Positions 41,101 through 50,900 of a DNA stretch of 64,000 nucleotides are shown in pieces. The notes below the pieces were generated by a model. That model made no database searches, had not been told where the DNA came from, and saw only the letters and a list, made by a program, of their open reading frames with translations. The translations under genes were made by a program, and so were the position numbers. The stretch spans positions 1-64,000 of the forward strand of contig OY969100.1 in assembly GCA_963697895.1 (NCBI GenBank), read 5' to 3'. Position 1 is the stretch's first letter. The number at the start of each line of letters is the position of its first letter. Source of the DNA: an uncultured Methanomicrobiales archaeon (GTDB lineage Archaea > Halobacteriota > Methanomicrobia > Methanomicrobiales > Methanospirillaceae).

Positions 41101-42664
41101 CGATATCGGGGAGATCAAACTCGAGTTGCGGGGGCTCCGGCTGCTGCAGGATGCCCGGATTGATTGAATTGAGATCTCCGGTGATCGGAGTACTTGGCAG
41201 GTTCTGCGTATCCGGCACCTGCGGGAGTGTGACGGAGTCCTCTATGGGGCTGATCACGTCAAGACTGAAGGTACCTTCATTGGCGCCGATCAGGTCGAGG
41301 GACGTGATCTGGGAGTCGGCATACGCTTCACCGCAGCCTTTGACGTCGACCTTCGCGGAGGTATCTCCCATTGCATTGGTGTTGGAAGAATAGACCGTTT
41401 CAAGTGTTTCGTCTGTTATGGTGATATCGAGCACCGCATTTGCGGTACCCTTGGTCGTACCGGAGGCCGATACCTTGGCATTCTTGTCGTACCCGGTTGC
41501 CCAGGCGTCGCTCTGGAGGACGCTCCCGTCGGCATACTCGGGACTGAAGGTGAAGTTCACGTACGCGAATTCTGGTCCGAACCCTAATTGGCAAGACGCC
41601 ATGGGGACTTCAGTAAATGCATAGATCGACGATTCGCTGCCGGCTTCACCCTTGCTGTCGCAGATGGCTGCGGTGCTGCTGGCGGTTCCGGTCGTGTTGA
41701 CGGAGTATTCGTGCGTCTCAGACGGTGGCGCTCCGTAATATGCCGTATTCTGTTGTCCGACCGGTGTCGATGCGGATGAAGAGGCCGTCGCGGTGTACTT
41801 ACCGGTTCCGCTCCAGACCGAGCTGTTGGACGAGATCTGGCTCGCTACGTGAGTTACAATGGCCGGATCAACTGCTTCGGATTCGATCGCTGCATTGGAG
41901 GTAAACCCGCCCGAGCCTTTTCCGGAACCGTCCGCCTTCGTGGTACCCGTAACGTACGCGGTCAGGTTGCCCGTGTCGGCACTGGCGGAGGCGTTCCCGG
42001 AGGCCCAGGCTCCACCGGAGGCCTGGTTCTCGCCGTACACGTCGGCATAGATCAGGGCGTTGACCGATGGATCCGCATCCAGCAGGGTGGAGGATTCCGA
42101 TATGATCCCGCCGGTCGCATTGAGTATGCTGACGGAGGCACTCTGCACTTTACCACTTGCCTTGGAAGATCCGGAGACATTCGTCTGCAGCTCGGTCCCG
42201 TTGTACGTGGCGGATGCGGTCCCGGACGAGCAGACATCGCCCTCGGCCGTGCCTTTGGTGCCGGAGTCGAGGGTGACGCTGCTCGCGATGGACGAATTTA
42301 TCACGGCATTGCCGGAGTCGTCATCGGACCCTTCGGCCTTGACGCTGCCGTTCAGGATTGCGGTGCCGGTACCGGTCGTCTTGCCGCTCGCCTTGATGTT
42401 TGAGTCGATGCTTACCGTGATGCGACCGTCGCCGCTGGTAGCGGAGTCTGTCCCGCCGTTCGTCGCGTCTTTGACGGTTGCTTTGTTCTGCAGCTTTACG
42501 TTCACATTCTTCTCGACCGTGGCCGAGTGCTGGGTGGTACTATGCTGGTTTGAATAGTCCACCTGGGCGTCGCCTTCGATGACCACCGCGGTTACGGCAC
42601 CGGTCAGTAACGCGATGACCAGGATGACGAGGATGCCCATCATAAATTGTTTTCGGGATTTCAT
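38105..42664 (-). CDS. Large secreted Ala/Ser/Gly/Asp/Thr-rich repeat protein, paralog 1 of 4
   Basis: 1519 aa, signal peptide, many N-x-S/T sequons, C-terminal SWADSDNP.P.PFPPRDYIL.MLPP. Confidence 0.9.
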   Translation of the reverse strand: MKSRKQFMMGILVILVIALLTGAVTAVVIEGDAQVDYSNQHSTTQHSATVEKNVNVKLQNKATVKDATNGGTDSATSGDGRITVSIDSNIKASGKTTGTGTAILNGSVKAEGSDDDSGNAVINSSIASSVTLDSGTKGTAEGDVCSSGTASATYNGTELQTNVSGSSKASGKVQSASVSILNATGGIISESSTLLDADPSVNALIYADVYGENQASGGAWASGNASASADTGNLTAYVTGTTKADGSGKGSGGFTSNAAIESEAVDPAIVTHVASQISSNSSVWSGTGKYTATASSSASTPVGQQNTAYYGAPPSETHEYSVNTTGTASSTAAICDSKGEAGSESSIYAFTEVPMASCQLGFGPEFAYVNFTFSPEYADGSVLQSDAWATGYDKNAKVSASGTTKGTANAVLDITITDETLETVYSSNTNAMGDTSAKVDVKGCGEAYADSQITSLDLIGANEGTFSLDVISPIEDSVTLPQVPDTQNLPSTPITGDLNSINPGILQQPEPPQLEFDLPDIDLLEISVISQSVSASGSDSGKKTASACADGETAAVGQHTVTEIPDSINYGSIGSSNASGRVEGGAVAGTKSDHDPASASVILGVSAQGIDESQGLDATLIAGTSGAASGSTWGTATGNANAAGGFSPFGPSSSSGTVSTSANANGGLGLSAAAIGSADFASDEGDLVDVALIGTGGFAAGTAGAHAYADGQTEANGSVLNVVTDPDVTLLNVTSAAFADGTACSDVQTKNGIALAADVLLAGEGTSAGPTGNTDHGEGTAGSMVAQVAFAQQFGKSGSAIANTNANGEAGTSSTFYVDLGRGIDFSGMYMAGASTTDASGKVSGNANAGCGDPLSASAIVAFTDIDEDGLIFMPDGTNEFAGSGDTYSAATVGSLSASWGKSADTWGAADGTAFADSSLVVNTTPEDASLYIWNSTSTADAKVKTTAATTSADGFALGVAAQGASSEVNAGVIGEDVTAEEHAITLDGALSVADGDGKATADVNKEYKSRKVGKTTVVECIPIMDRDATALSQFTADTTDDGTPDINATSSSFSGSSASSAAEAAKGGFGLSLAGEASGSFTDLESDALGNGIPQADQDVFSVIADLAVAETDCPKETAKASGSASGDTNALSYAAVPNWNSTQTSAADGRVSASAVGGDKCKDPISASLILAIGENSVSPDPLAGGYLPTMDNHDTTLIASFSATNGTKGDTGADACGSANADGVQLVPEYGSTPLSPTTSASSDATVWSKAAASNGVALGLAGVGSTSDAHVDLSLETVTDKNLLFSYAGGEGFGKKATADASAGYDAVGTAAADSNVFDRDLAASAVNSTSNASGMGISTIKVTDANLAESLTFGWVQQNASVNFTNYVNDPANASHADALALFGAEVNATNDAAGTFANADMTKVNLSAAARASFPDFGIPEDNATVSVANGHTWAFLDPDGGSFHNGILNFDTSATYTQASNGDATSGKFVEQSLIADPNFGYTHGESWADSDNPAPSPFPPRDYILAMLPPI

Positions 42665-42761
42665 ATTTTCTACCTCAGGTTTTTTGCACGGGGATGCATG
42701 TACACTCCCCGTTTTTATCGTACGTTGATTTCGGCATACATTCGTGGGTGAATTGTTCTTA

Positions 42762-42870
42762 TCAGCAGTTGATCATCAAATGCTGGAGCGGTGAAATAAT
42801 TTCGTTCCCGAAATTATCCTCCGGTTATCCGTTCGTTTCGGAATTGCTGAATCTTAGATGGATCAACTAT
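42762..42870 (-). promoter_or_regulatory. Conserved structured 5' leader, copy 1 (TATA CTTATA at 42893-42898)
   Basis: AGTTGATC/GATCAACT closing stem and GATAATTTCG-GGAA-CGAAATTATT hairpin. Conserved upstream of all four paralogs. Confidence 0.65.
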
Positions 42871-43003
42871 CTGTTTCATACACCCAGGCGGATATAAGAC
42901 TTGTGCTGGGGTTTTTCAATTCGGGAATTTTTTCCCAAAATTCTGTAAACCGCATAAAAAAAAAGATTATGGGGAGGATTTCCCTCCTCCCGTGGTTCAC
43001 CGC

Positions 43004-46000
43004 CTAGAAGGGCGGGAGCATGGGCAGGATGTAGTCGCGGGGCGGGAACGGGACCGGGGAGGGGTTGTCGCTGTCGGCCCAGGAACCTCCGTGCGTGTAC
43101 CCGTAGTTCGGGTCGGAGGTCAGGTCGCCTGTAACGAAAAACCCTTGTGTCGTGTTTCCGCTGCTCGTCTCGGTGTATGACGCGAGGGTATCCCAGTCGA
43201 GGAACCCGTTGTGGAATGTTCCGCCGTCCGGGTCCAGGAATGCGTAGGTGTGACCGTTGGCGACACTCACCGTGGCATTGTCTTCAGGGATGTTGACGAT
43301 GTTGTTGTACGGCCCGGCCCGTGCCGCGGCGGAGAGGTTCACCTTCGTCATGTCCGCATTCGCGAAGGTCCCCTTTGCATCGTTGGTCGCGTTCACCTCT
43401 GCACCGAAGAGTGCGAGGGCGTCCGCATGGGATGCGTTTGCAGGATCGTTACCGGGAGAGAATGCGATCGAGTAGTTGATCGAGGCATTCTGTTGTACCC
43501 ATCCGAAGGTGAGCGCTTCCGCTTCGTTCCCGTCGCTGACCTGAACGGTGCTGACCCCCTTGCCGGCAGCGCTCGCGTTGGAGACCACCTTGGGGACGAC
43601 CGGATCGATATCGAGTATGTTGCTGTCAGCCGTTGCGGTGCCGACGGCATCGTAACTGGCACAGGCATCCACCTTCGACTTCTTGCCGTACCCTTCCCCG
43701 GCGGCGTAGCTGAAGAGGAGGTTTTCGTCGGTGACGGTCTCGAGGTTGATGTCGACATGCGCATCGCTCGTGGATCCGACGCCGGAGACACCGAGCGCCT
43801 CTCCCTTGACGGCCGAGGCGTAGCTGGTCACATCAGCCGTACTCGATGCGTTTGCACTCGGGGCAACGATCGGGCTGTATCCGTCGTACGGAGCCGTCAC
43901 CTGGGATCCCGTTGCGCCGGCAGATCCCTTCGCTGACCCGCCGGCCTTCCCGTTGTCCCCGCCGGTCGCCGATAGCGTGGCGATAAGGGTACTGTCACTG
44001 GTGTTCATCGCCGGGACATACACAAGGACCGGATCGGGATAGACCTCGTTTTCACCAAGGGCCAGGATCAGCGATGCAGCAAACGGGTCTTTGCACATGT
44101 CGCTCGCAGTCGCATAGGCCGAGACATCGCCCTGCGCCTGGCTGGACTGCGTTCCGTTCCAGCCCGGAATCTGAGCGTAGTTAAGGGCAGAGGTATCCCC
44201 GCCCGCATCTGCGGAGGCCTTAGCGGTCTCCTTGGAACAGTCGGTATCAGCTGCGGCGAGACCTGCGATCACCGAGAAGACGTCCTGGTCTATCGTTCCA
44301 CTGATGGAATTGACATCGGTCAGCGAACCCGATGCTTCACCGGCAAGGGACAGGCCAAACCCGCCCTTCGCTGCCTCGGCCGTGGTTATGGCGTGCGATC
44401 CCGAGACCGACGTGGACGTGAAGTTGCCGTCCGGCACAAAATCATCGTCGAGGTCGGCAGTGAACTGAGCCAGAGCGGTGGCCTCACGGCCTTCGACCGG
44501 TACGAGTTTGATCTCTTTCACTTTGCCTTTCTTGTCCTTGCAGACCAGTTCCTGCATGTTGACGAAGGCTGTGGCCTTACCGTTGTCGTCCGCCAGGGAG
44601 AGCGCCCCGTCGAGCGTGATGGCGTGCCCGCCACCAGTGTCGACATCATCGATGGAGGATTCGGATTCGCTGGATGCCCCCTGTGCCGCTACACCGAGGG
44701 CGAAACCGTTATCGCTCGTGGTGCTGGCAGTGGTCCTGACCGTTGCGTCAGCGCTGCTGGTGGAATTGGTGATATAGAGACTGTTACCTGCCGTGGTCGT
44801 GTTGAGGACCTGGGTTGAATCCGCGAAAGCGGTGCCGTTGGCAGAGCCCCAAGTGTCGGCAGACTTGCCCGATGATGCAGAGAGGCTGCCGACCAGAGCG
44901 GCGTTGTAGGCCTCGCCGATCCCGGCGAATGACTCATCGAGACTTCCGCCGAAATCGTTGTATGCCACGATTGCAGAGACCGAGAGCGGGTCACCGCATC
45001 CGGCGTTCGCACTTCCGCTCACGGTTCCGGATGCATTGGTCACGCCATCAGCGGAGAAATACCTCCCGAGACCGAGATCGGAATAGTACGTGCTGCTGGT
45101 CCCGGCTTCTCCGTCAGCAAAGGTATCGGCCTTCGCAGACCCGGACTTGCCAAACTGCTGGGCAAATGCTGCCTGTCCTACGATGCTGCCTGCTGTCTCC
45201 CCGGCGCTAACGCCTCCATTGTCGAAACTTATGCCGGTTCCTTCACCGGAGAGGATCGCATCGGCGGCCAGGGCGACACCGTTCTTGGTGCTGACATCGG
45301 AGCATGCCTTACCGATTGCGAAGGCATCCGACGTGATGTTCAGTTCCGTTAAATAGATGGGATCACCGATGATGGTCTGGTGCAGGATCGAGCCGTTTGC
45401 GTCGGTCTGGCCGTTGGCGTAGGCATGTGCTCCTGCCGTCCCGGCCGAGAATGCGCCGGTCCCGATCAGGGCCACGTCCACCAGTGAGGGATCAGATTCA
45501 ACAGTATCGGTAGCATAATCTGCCGAACCGATTGCGGCTGCAGAAAGACCCAGTCCGCCATTTGCGTTGGCAGACGTGCTCACCGTGCCGGAAGAGCCCG
45601 ATGGTCCGAGTGAGGACAGAAGAAGAGAACCAAAGCCTCCGGCGGCGTTTGCATCCCCGGTTGCGGTACCCCATGTCTTACCGGATGCAGCCCCGGAGGT
45701 GCTCCCGATCAGGGTGGCGTCAAGCCCGGAAGCTTCAGCGCCTTGTCCGTCTAGTTGGGTAACGACAAAGGGAACGCCGATTCCCTGTGCGGAGACTCCG
45801 ACAATGAACGATGCGGATGCCGGGTCATGGTCGCACTTCGCTCCGGCCTCGGCCCCGCCCGCGACGGTTCCGGCGGCAGAGCTGCTGCCACTGGCTTCCA
45901 GGATCTCGGTGAATACAGACAGACCATCGGCCGCGGTCTCACCGTCTGCACAGGCCTCGGCGGTCTTTTTACCGCTGTCGCTCCCGGATGCGGAGACCGA

Positions 46001-47617
46001 CTGGGAGATGATGCTGATCTCGAGTACATCGATCGGGGGCAGGTCGAACGTTAGTTGCGGTGCCGGCAGCTGCTGCAGGAGGCCCGGATTAATGGAACTG
46101 AGATCCCCGGTGATCGGACTATTTGGCAGATTCTGCGTGTCCGGCACCTGCGGGAGAGTGACACTCTCCTCAACCGGGTTGATCAGGTCAAGACTAAAGG
46201 TACCTTCATCAGCACCGATCAGGTCGAAGGAGGCGATCTGGGAGTCGGCATACGCTTCGCCGCATCCTTTGACGTCAACCTTTGCGGTAATATCGCCCGT
46301 GGCGCTGGTGTTGGAGATATATACTCCCGAGGGGATTTCGCCGTTCCAGACCAGCATGGCATCGGCGGCGCCCTCTTTGGTCGAACCGGCCGCCGACACC
46401 TTGGCATTCTTGTCGTACCCGGTTGCCCAGGCATCGCTCCGGATGACGCTCCCGTCAGCATATTCGGGACTGAAGGTGAAGTTCAGATATGCGAACTCGG
46501 GCCCGAACCCCAGGGCGAATGCCTCCATAGGGACGTCAGCAAATGCCAGAATCTGGGATTCGCTGCCGGCTTCACCCTTGCTGTCGCAGATAGAAGCGGA
46601 GCTTTTTGCCGTCCCGGAGGTGTTCGCATAGAGTTCGTTCTCCTCGAGGTTTACCGTACCATAATATGCCGTGTTCTGTTTCCCGACCGGTGTCGATGCG
46701 GATGAAGAGGCGGTTGCGGTATACTTTCCGGTTCCGCTCCATACCGAGCTGCGGGACGAGATGTTGCTCTCCACATACCCCCATGTAATGCCGTTTTCCG
46801 CTTCGGAGCTGACCACGGCATCGGAGCTGAAACCGCCGCTCCCCTTCCCGGATCCGTCAGCCTTCGTGGAACCCGTCACGTATGCGGTTGCATTTCCCGG
46901 GAACGGGATTGTAAACGCTTCGGCGGTGGCTGAGGCGTTACCCGAGGCCCAGGCTCCGCCGGAGGCCTGGTTCTCGCCGTATACATCGGCATAGATCAGG
47001 GCGTTCGCAGCGGGATCGGCATCCAGCAGCTGCGTAGAAGCCCCGGAGCTAATCCCTCCCGTCGCATTGAGTATGCTGATGCAGGCACTCTGCACCTTAC
47101 CACTTGCACTGGAAGACCCGGAGACATTTGTCTGGAGCTCGGTCCCGTTGTATGTGGCAGACGCGGACCCCGATGAGCAGACCTCCCCCTCGGCCGTGCC
47201 TTTGTTGCCGGAGTCGAGGGCGACGGTGCTCGTGATGGACGAATTGATCACGGCATTGCCGGCACCATCATCGGATCCCTCAGCCTTGACGCTGCCATTG
47301 AGTATTGCCGTGCCTGTCCCGGTAGTCTTGCCGCTCGCCTTGATGTTCGAGTCGAGGCTGACCGTGATCTTCCCGTCGCCGCTGGTGGCGGTGTCCGTTC
47401 CGCCGTTCGTCGCGTCTTTGACGGTTGCTTTGTTCTGCAGCTTTACATTCACATTCTTCTCGACCGTGGCCGAGTTCTGGGTGGTACTATGCTGGTTGGA
47501 ATAGTCCACCTGGGCATCACCCTGGATGACCACCGCGGTTACGGCGCCGGCCAGTAATGCGATGACCAGGATGACTAGGATGCCCATTATCAGGTGTGTT
47601 CGGGATTTCATTTTCAT
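43004..47617 (-). CDS. Large secreted repeat protein, paralog 2 of 4
   Basis: Colinear with paralog 1. Start placed at MKMKSR (47617) by alignment and the GAGGT RBS. Confidence 0.9.
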   Translation of the reverse strand: MKMKSRTHLIMGILVILVIALLAGAVTAVVIQGDAQVDYSNQHSTTQNSATVEKNVNVKLQNKATVKDATNGGTDTATSGDGKITVSLDSNIKASGKTTGTGTAILNGSVKAEGSDDGAGNAVINSSITSTVALDSGNKGTAEGEVCSSGSASATYNGTELQTNVSGSSSASGKVQSACISILNATGGISSGASTQLLDADPAANALIYADVYGENQASGGAWASGNASATAEAFTIPFPGNATAYVTGSTKADGSGKGSGGFSSDAVVSSEAENGITWGYVESNISSRSSVWSGTGKYTATASSSASTPVGKQNTAYYGTVNLEENELYANTSGTAKSSASICDSKGEAGSESQILAFADVPMEAFALGFGPEFAYLNFTFSPEYADGSVIRSDAWATGYDKNAKVSAAGSTKEGAADAMLVWNGEIPSGVYISNTSATGDITAKVDVKGCGEAYADSQIASFDLIGADEGTFSLDLINPVEESVTLPQVPDTQNLPNSPITGDLSSINPGLLQQLPAPQLTFDLPPIDVLEISIISQSVSASGSDSGKKTAEACADGETAADGLSVFTEILEASGSSSAAGTVAGGAEAGAKCDHDPASASFIVGVSAQGIGVPFVVTQLDGQGAEASGLDATLIGSTSGAASGKTWGTATGDANAAGGFGSLLLSSLGPSGSSGTVSTSANANGGLGLSAAAIGSADYATDTVESDPSLVDVALIGTGAFSAGTAGAHAYANGQTDANGSILHQTIIGDPIYLTELNITSDAFAIGKACSDVSTKNGVALAADAILSGEGTGISFDNGGVSAGETAGSIVGQAAFAQQFGKSGSAKADTFADGEAGTSSTYYSDLGLGRYFSADGVTNASGTVSGSANAGCGDPLSVSAIVAYNDFGGSLDESFAGIGEAYNAALVGSLSASSGKSADTWGSANGTAFADSTQVLNTTTAGNSLYITNSTSSADATVRTTASTTSDNGFALGVAAQGASSESESSIDDVDTGGGHAITLDGALSLADDNGKATAFVNMQELVCKDKKGKVKEIKLVPVEGREATALAQFTADLDDDFVPDGNFTSTSVSGSHAITTAEAAKGGFGLSLAGEASGSLTDVNSISGTIDQDVFSVIAGLAAADTDCSKETAKASADAGGDTSALNYAQIPGWNGTQSSQAQGDVSAYATASDMCKDPFAASLILALGENEVYPDPVLVYVPAMNTSDSTLIATLSATGGDNGKAGGSAKGSAGATGSQVTAPYDGYSPIVAPSANASSTADVTSYASAVKGEALGVSGVGSTSDAHVDINLETVTDENLLFSYAAGEGYGKKSKVDACASYDAVGTATADSNILDIDPVVPKVVSNASAAGKGVSTVQVSDGNEAEALTFGWVQQNASINYSIAFSPGNDPANASHADALALFGAEVNATNDAKGTFANADMTKVNLSAAARAGPYNNIVNIPEDNATVSVANGHTYAFLDPDGGTFHNGFLDWDTLASYTETSSGNTTQGFFVTGDLTSDPNYGYTHGGSWADSDNPSPVPFPPRDYILPMLPPF

Positions 47618-47706
47618 AACCTCAGGTTCTTGCACGGGGATGTGTTTTCCTCCCCGTTTTTTCTCACATGTCAATTTCTGCATACGTTCAGGATGAAATC
47701 TTCTTG

Positions 47707-47814
47707 TCAGCAGTTGATCACCAAATGCTGGAGCGGGGAAATAATTTCTTGTCTGAAATTATACTCCGGTAACCACTCTTTCCGGAATTGCTGAATCGGA
47801 GGTGTATCAACTAT
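47707..47814 (-). promoter_or_regulatory. Conserved structured 5' leader, copy 2 (TATA at 47837-47842)
   Basis: Same stems as copy 1 with different loop sequences. Confidence 0.65.
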
Positions 47815-47951
47815 GGGTTCAATAAACCTAGGCAGGTATAAGACTTGCGCTGCCGGATTTTCGACTCCATAGAGATTTTCCAGACATTAAAGGCCGGATT
47901 GCAAAAAAGAAGATTAGCGGGAGGAATTTCAGTCCTCCCGTGGTTCACCGC

Positions 47952-50900
47952 CTAGATGGGCGGGAGCATAGGCAGGATGTAGTCGCGGGGCGGGAACGGG
48001 ACCGGTGACGGGTTGTCGCTGTCGGCCCAGGAACCTCCGTGCGTGTACCCGTAGTTCGGGTCGGAGATCAGGTCGGCGGCGATGAAATTCCCGTTTGTCG
48101 TGTTCCCGCTGCTCGTCTGGGTGTACGTCGCCAGGGTGTCGATGTCGAGGAGCCCGGTGTGGGATATTCCGCCGTCCGGGTCCAGGAACGCCCAGGTGTG
48201 ACCGTTGGCGACACTCACCGTCGCATTGTCCTCAGGTATGTTGACGATGTTGTTATATGGCCCTGCACGTGCCGCGGCGGAGAGGTTCACCTTCGTCATG
48301 TCCGCATTCGCAAAGGTCCCCTTCGCATCGTTGGTCGCGTTCACCTCGGCACCGAAGAGTGCGAGGGCGTCCGCGTGGGATGCGTTTGTGGGATCGTTAC
48401 CGGGAGAGAATGCGATCGAGTAGTTGATCGAGGCGTTCTGCTGTACCCATCCGAAGGTGAGCGCTTCCGCTTCGTTCCCGTCGCTGACCTGAACGGTGCT
48501 GACCCCCTTGCCGGCAGCGCTCGCGTTGGAGACCACCTTGGGGACGACCGGATCGATATCGAGTATGTTGCTGTCAGCCGTTGCGGTGCCGACGGCATCG
48601 TAACTGGCACAGGCATCCACCTTCGACTTCTTGCCGTACCCTTCCCCGGCGGCGTAGCTGAAGAGGAGGTTTTCGTCGGTGACGGTCTCGAGGTTGATGT
48701 CGACATGCGCATCGCTCGTGGATCCGACGCCGGAGACACCGAGCGCCTCTCCCTTGACGGCCGAGGCGTAGCTGGTCACATCCGCCTTGCTCGATGCGTT
48801 TGCACTCGGGGCAACGATCGGGCTGTATCCGTCGTACGGAGCCGTCACCTGGGATCCCGTTGCGCCGGCAGATCCCTTCGCTGACCCGCCGGCCTTCCCG
48901 TTGTCCCCGCCGGTCGCCGAGAATGTGGCGATCAGCGTCGAGTCCCGGCTGTCCATGACCGGGACAGCGGCATCGTTCGGATCCGGATATGCGTTGTTCT
49001 CCCCGAAGGAAAGGATCAGCGATGCGGAGATCGGGTCCTTACAGGTATCGCCGGCCTCGGCCGATCCCGAAACGCTGCCGTCTGCGGAGCTGGACTGCGT
49101 GCCGTTCCAGTCCGGTACCGATGCGTAGCTGAACGCACCGGTGCTGCCGGTTGCCGACGCGGAAGCCTTTGAGGTCTCCTTTGGCTTATCCGGGTCAGCT
49201 GCGACGACATCCGCGATCACGGAGAAGACGTCCTGGTCAGCCTGGGGAACACCGTTGCCCAAAGCATCGGAGACCAGGTCAGTGAATGAACCGGAGGCCT
49301 CGCCCGAGAGGGCAAAGGCGGACCCGCCCTTCGCGGCCTCGGCCGCAGAGCTGGCGCTCGATCCCGAGAACGAAGTTGACGTGGCGTTGATGTCGGGCGT
49401 ACCGTCATCAGTGATGTCGGCGGAGAACTGGCTCACCGCCGTGGCTTCCCGGTCAATGACGGGAATACACTCGACTGATTTCACTTTTCCTTTCTTATCC
49501 TTGGTTATCTTCTCTTCCTTGTTGACGTCGGCTGTGGCCTTGCCGTTGCCGTCTGCCAGGGAGAGCGCTCCGTCGAGCGTGATCGCGTGCTCGTCGGCGG
49601 CGACGGTTTCACCGTAGACTACTGCACTCACTTCGCTGGAGGCACCCTGGGCCGCAACCCCGAGGGCGAACCCGTCGGGGCTCGTTGTACTCGCGGTGGT
49701 CTTGACCTTCGCGTCGGCGGCGCTCGTGGCGTTCCATACATAGAGGCTGTCATCCTCCAGCGTTGTGTTCACGAGAAGGGATGAGTCCGCGAGGGCAGTT
49801 CCGTCAGCAGCCCCCCAGGTGTCGGCAGACTTTCCCCACGACGCGGAGAGGCTGTCAATGAGGCCGGCGCTGTACGTCTCCCCGCCGCCGTAAAATGATC
49901 CCGCATCAACCGAACCGCCGCCTCCGAATTCGGTGAATGCGACGATCCCGGACGCCGAGAGCGGGTCACCACAACCGGCGTTTGCGCTCCCGCTCGCTGT
50001 TCCGTCGGCATCGGTCGTGCCGTACCCGGCGATGAATGCACGGTTGTCGATCCCATCGGTGGAACCGAGGTCGAGATAGAAGCTGCTGCTGGTCCCTGCC
50101 TCGCCGTCAGCCTTGGTATCCGCTTTTGCTGACCCGGACTTGCCGAACTGCTGGGCGAATACGACCTGGCCGACCATGCTCCCCGCGGTGCCGCCACCGC
50201 CACCGGAGGATTGGAGTCCACTGGCACCGGTTCCTTCACCGGAGAGGAGGACGTCGGCCGCGAGCGCGATTCCGTTCTTGGTGCTGACATCGGAGCATGC
50301 CGTGCCATCTGCAAAGGCAGCTGAGGTGACATTCAGCAGGGTGATATTCTCAATCGGACCGTCCTCGATGGAGATCTGGCGCAGGATGGACCCGTTCGCT
50401 TCGGTCTGGCCGTCCGCGAATGCGTGCGCCCCTGCAGTCCCGGCGGCGAATGAGCCGGTCCCGATCAGGGCGACGTCCACGAGGTCGCCTTCGATCACAT
50501 TGAAGGATTCATAATCAGCCGAGCCGATTGCGGCTGCAGAGAGCCCCAGTCCGCCGTTTGCGGTGGCAGATGTGCTCACCGTACCGGACGAAACCGATGG
50601 CCCGGTTGCGGGAATAAATCCTCCGGAAGCCTCTGCATCCCCCGAAGCCGTGCCCGAGGTCTTACCCGTCGGGCCGCCGGCCCCGGAGGTGCTTCCGATC
50701 AGGGTCGCATCCAGTCCCTGATTCCCGTCGATGCCCTGTGCGGAGACACCGAGGATCACCGATGCGGATGCGGGGTCGTCGCCCTTCCCGCCGGCCTCGG
50801 CACCGCCCACGACTCTGCCCGATGCTGAGCTGCTTCCCGTGAATGCAGCGGTGACGAAATTTTCTGGGGTATAAATATACGTGTGCTGTCCGTCGGCAGT

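Noticed and set aside
42674-42737. 20-aa upstream ORF (MPKSTYDKNGE.TCIPVQ.T) before paralogs 1 and 3 as a leader peptide
   Set aside because: Not conserved: it is fused in frame in copy 2 and interrupted by a stop in copy 4.
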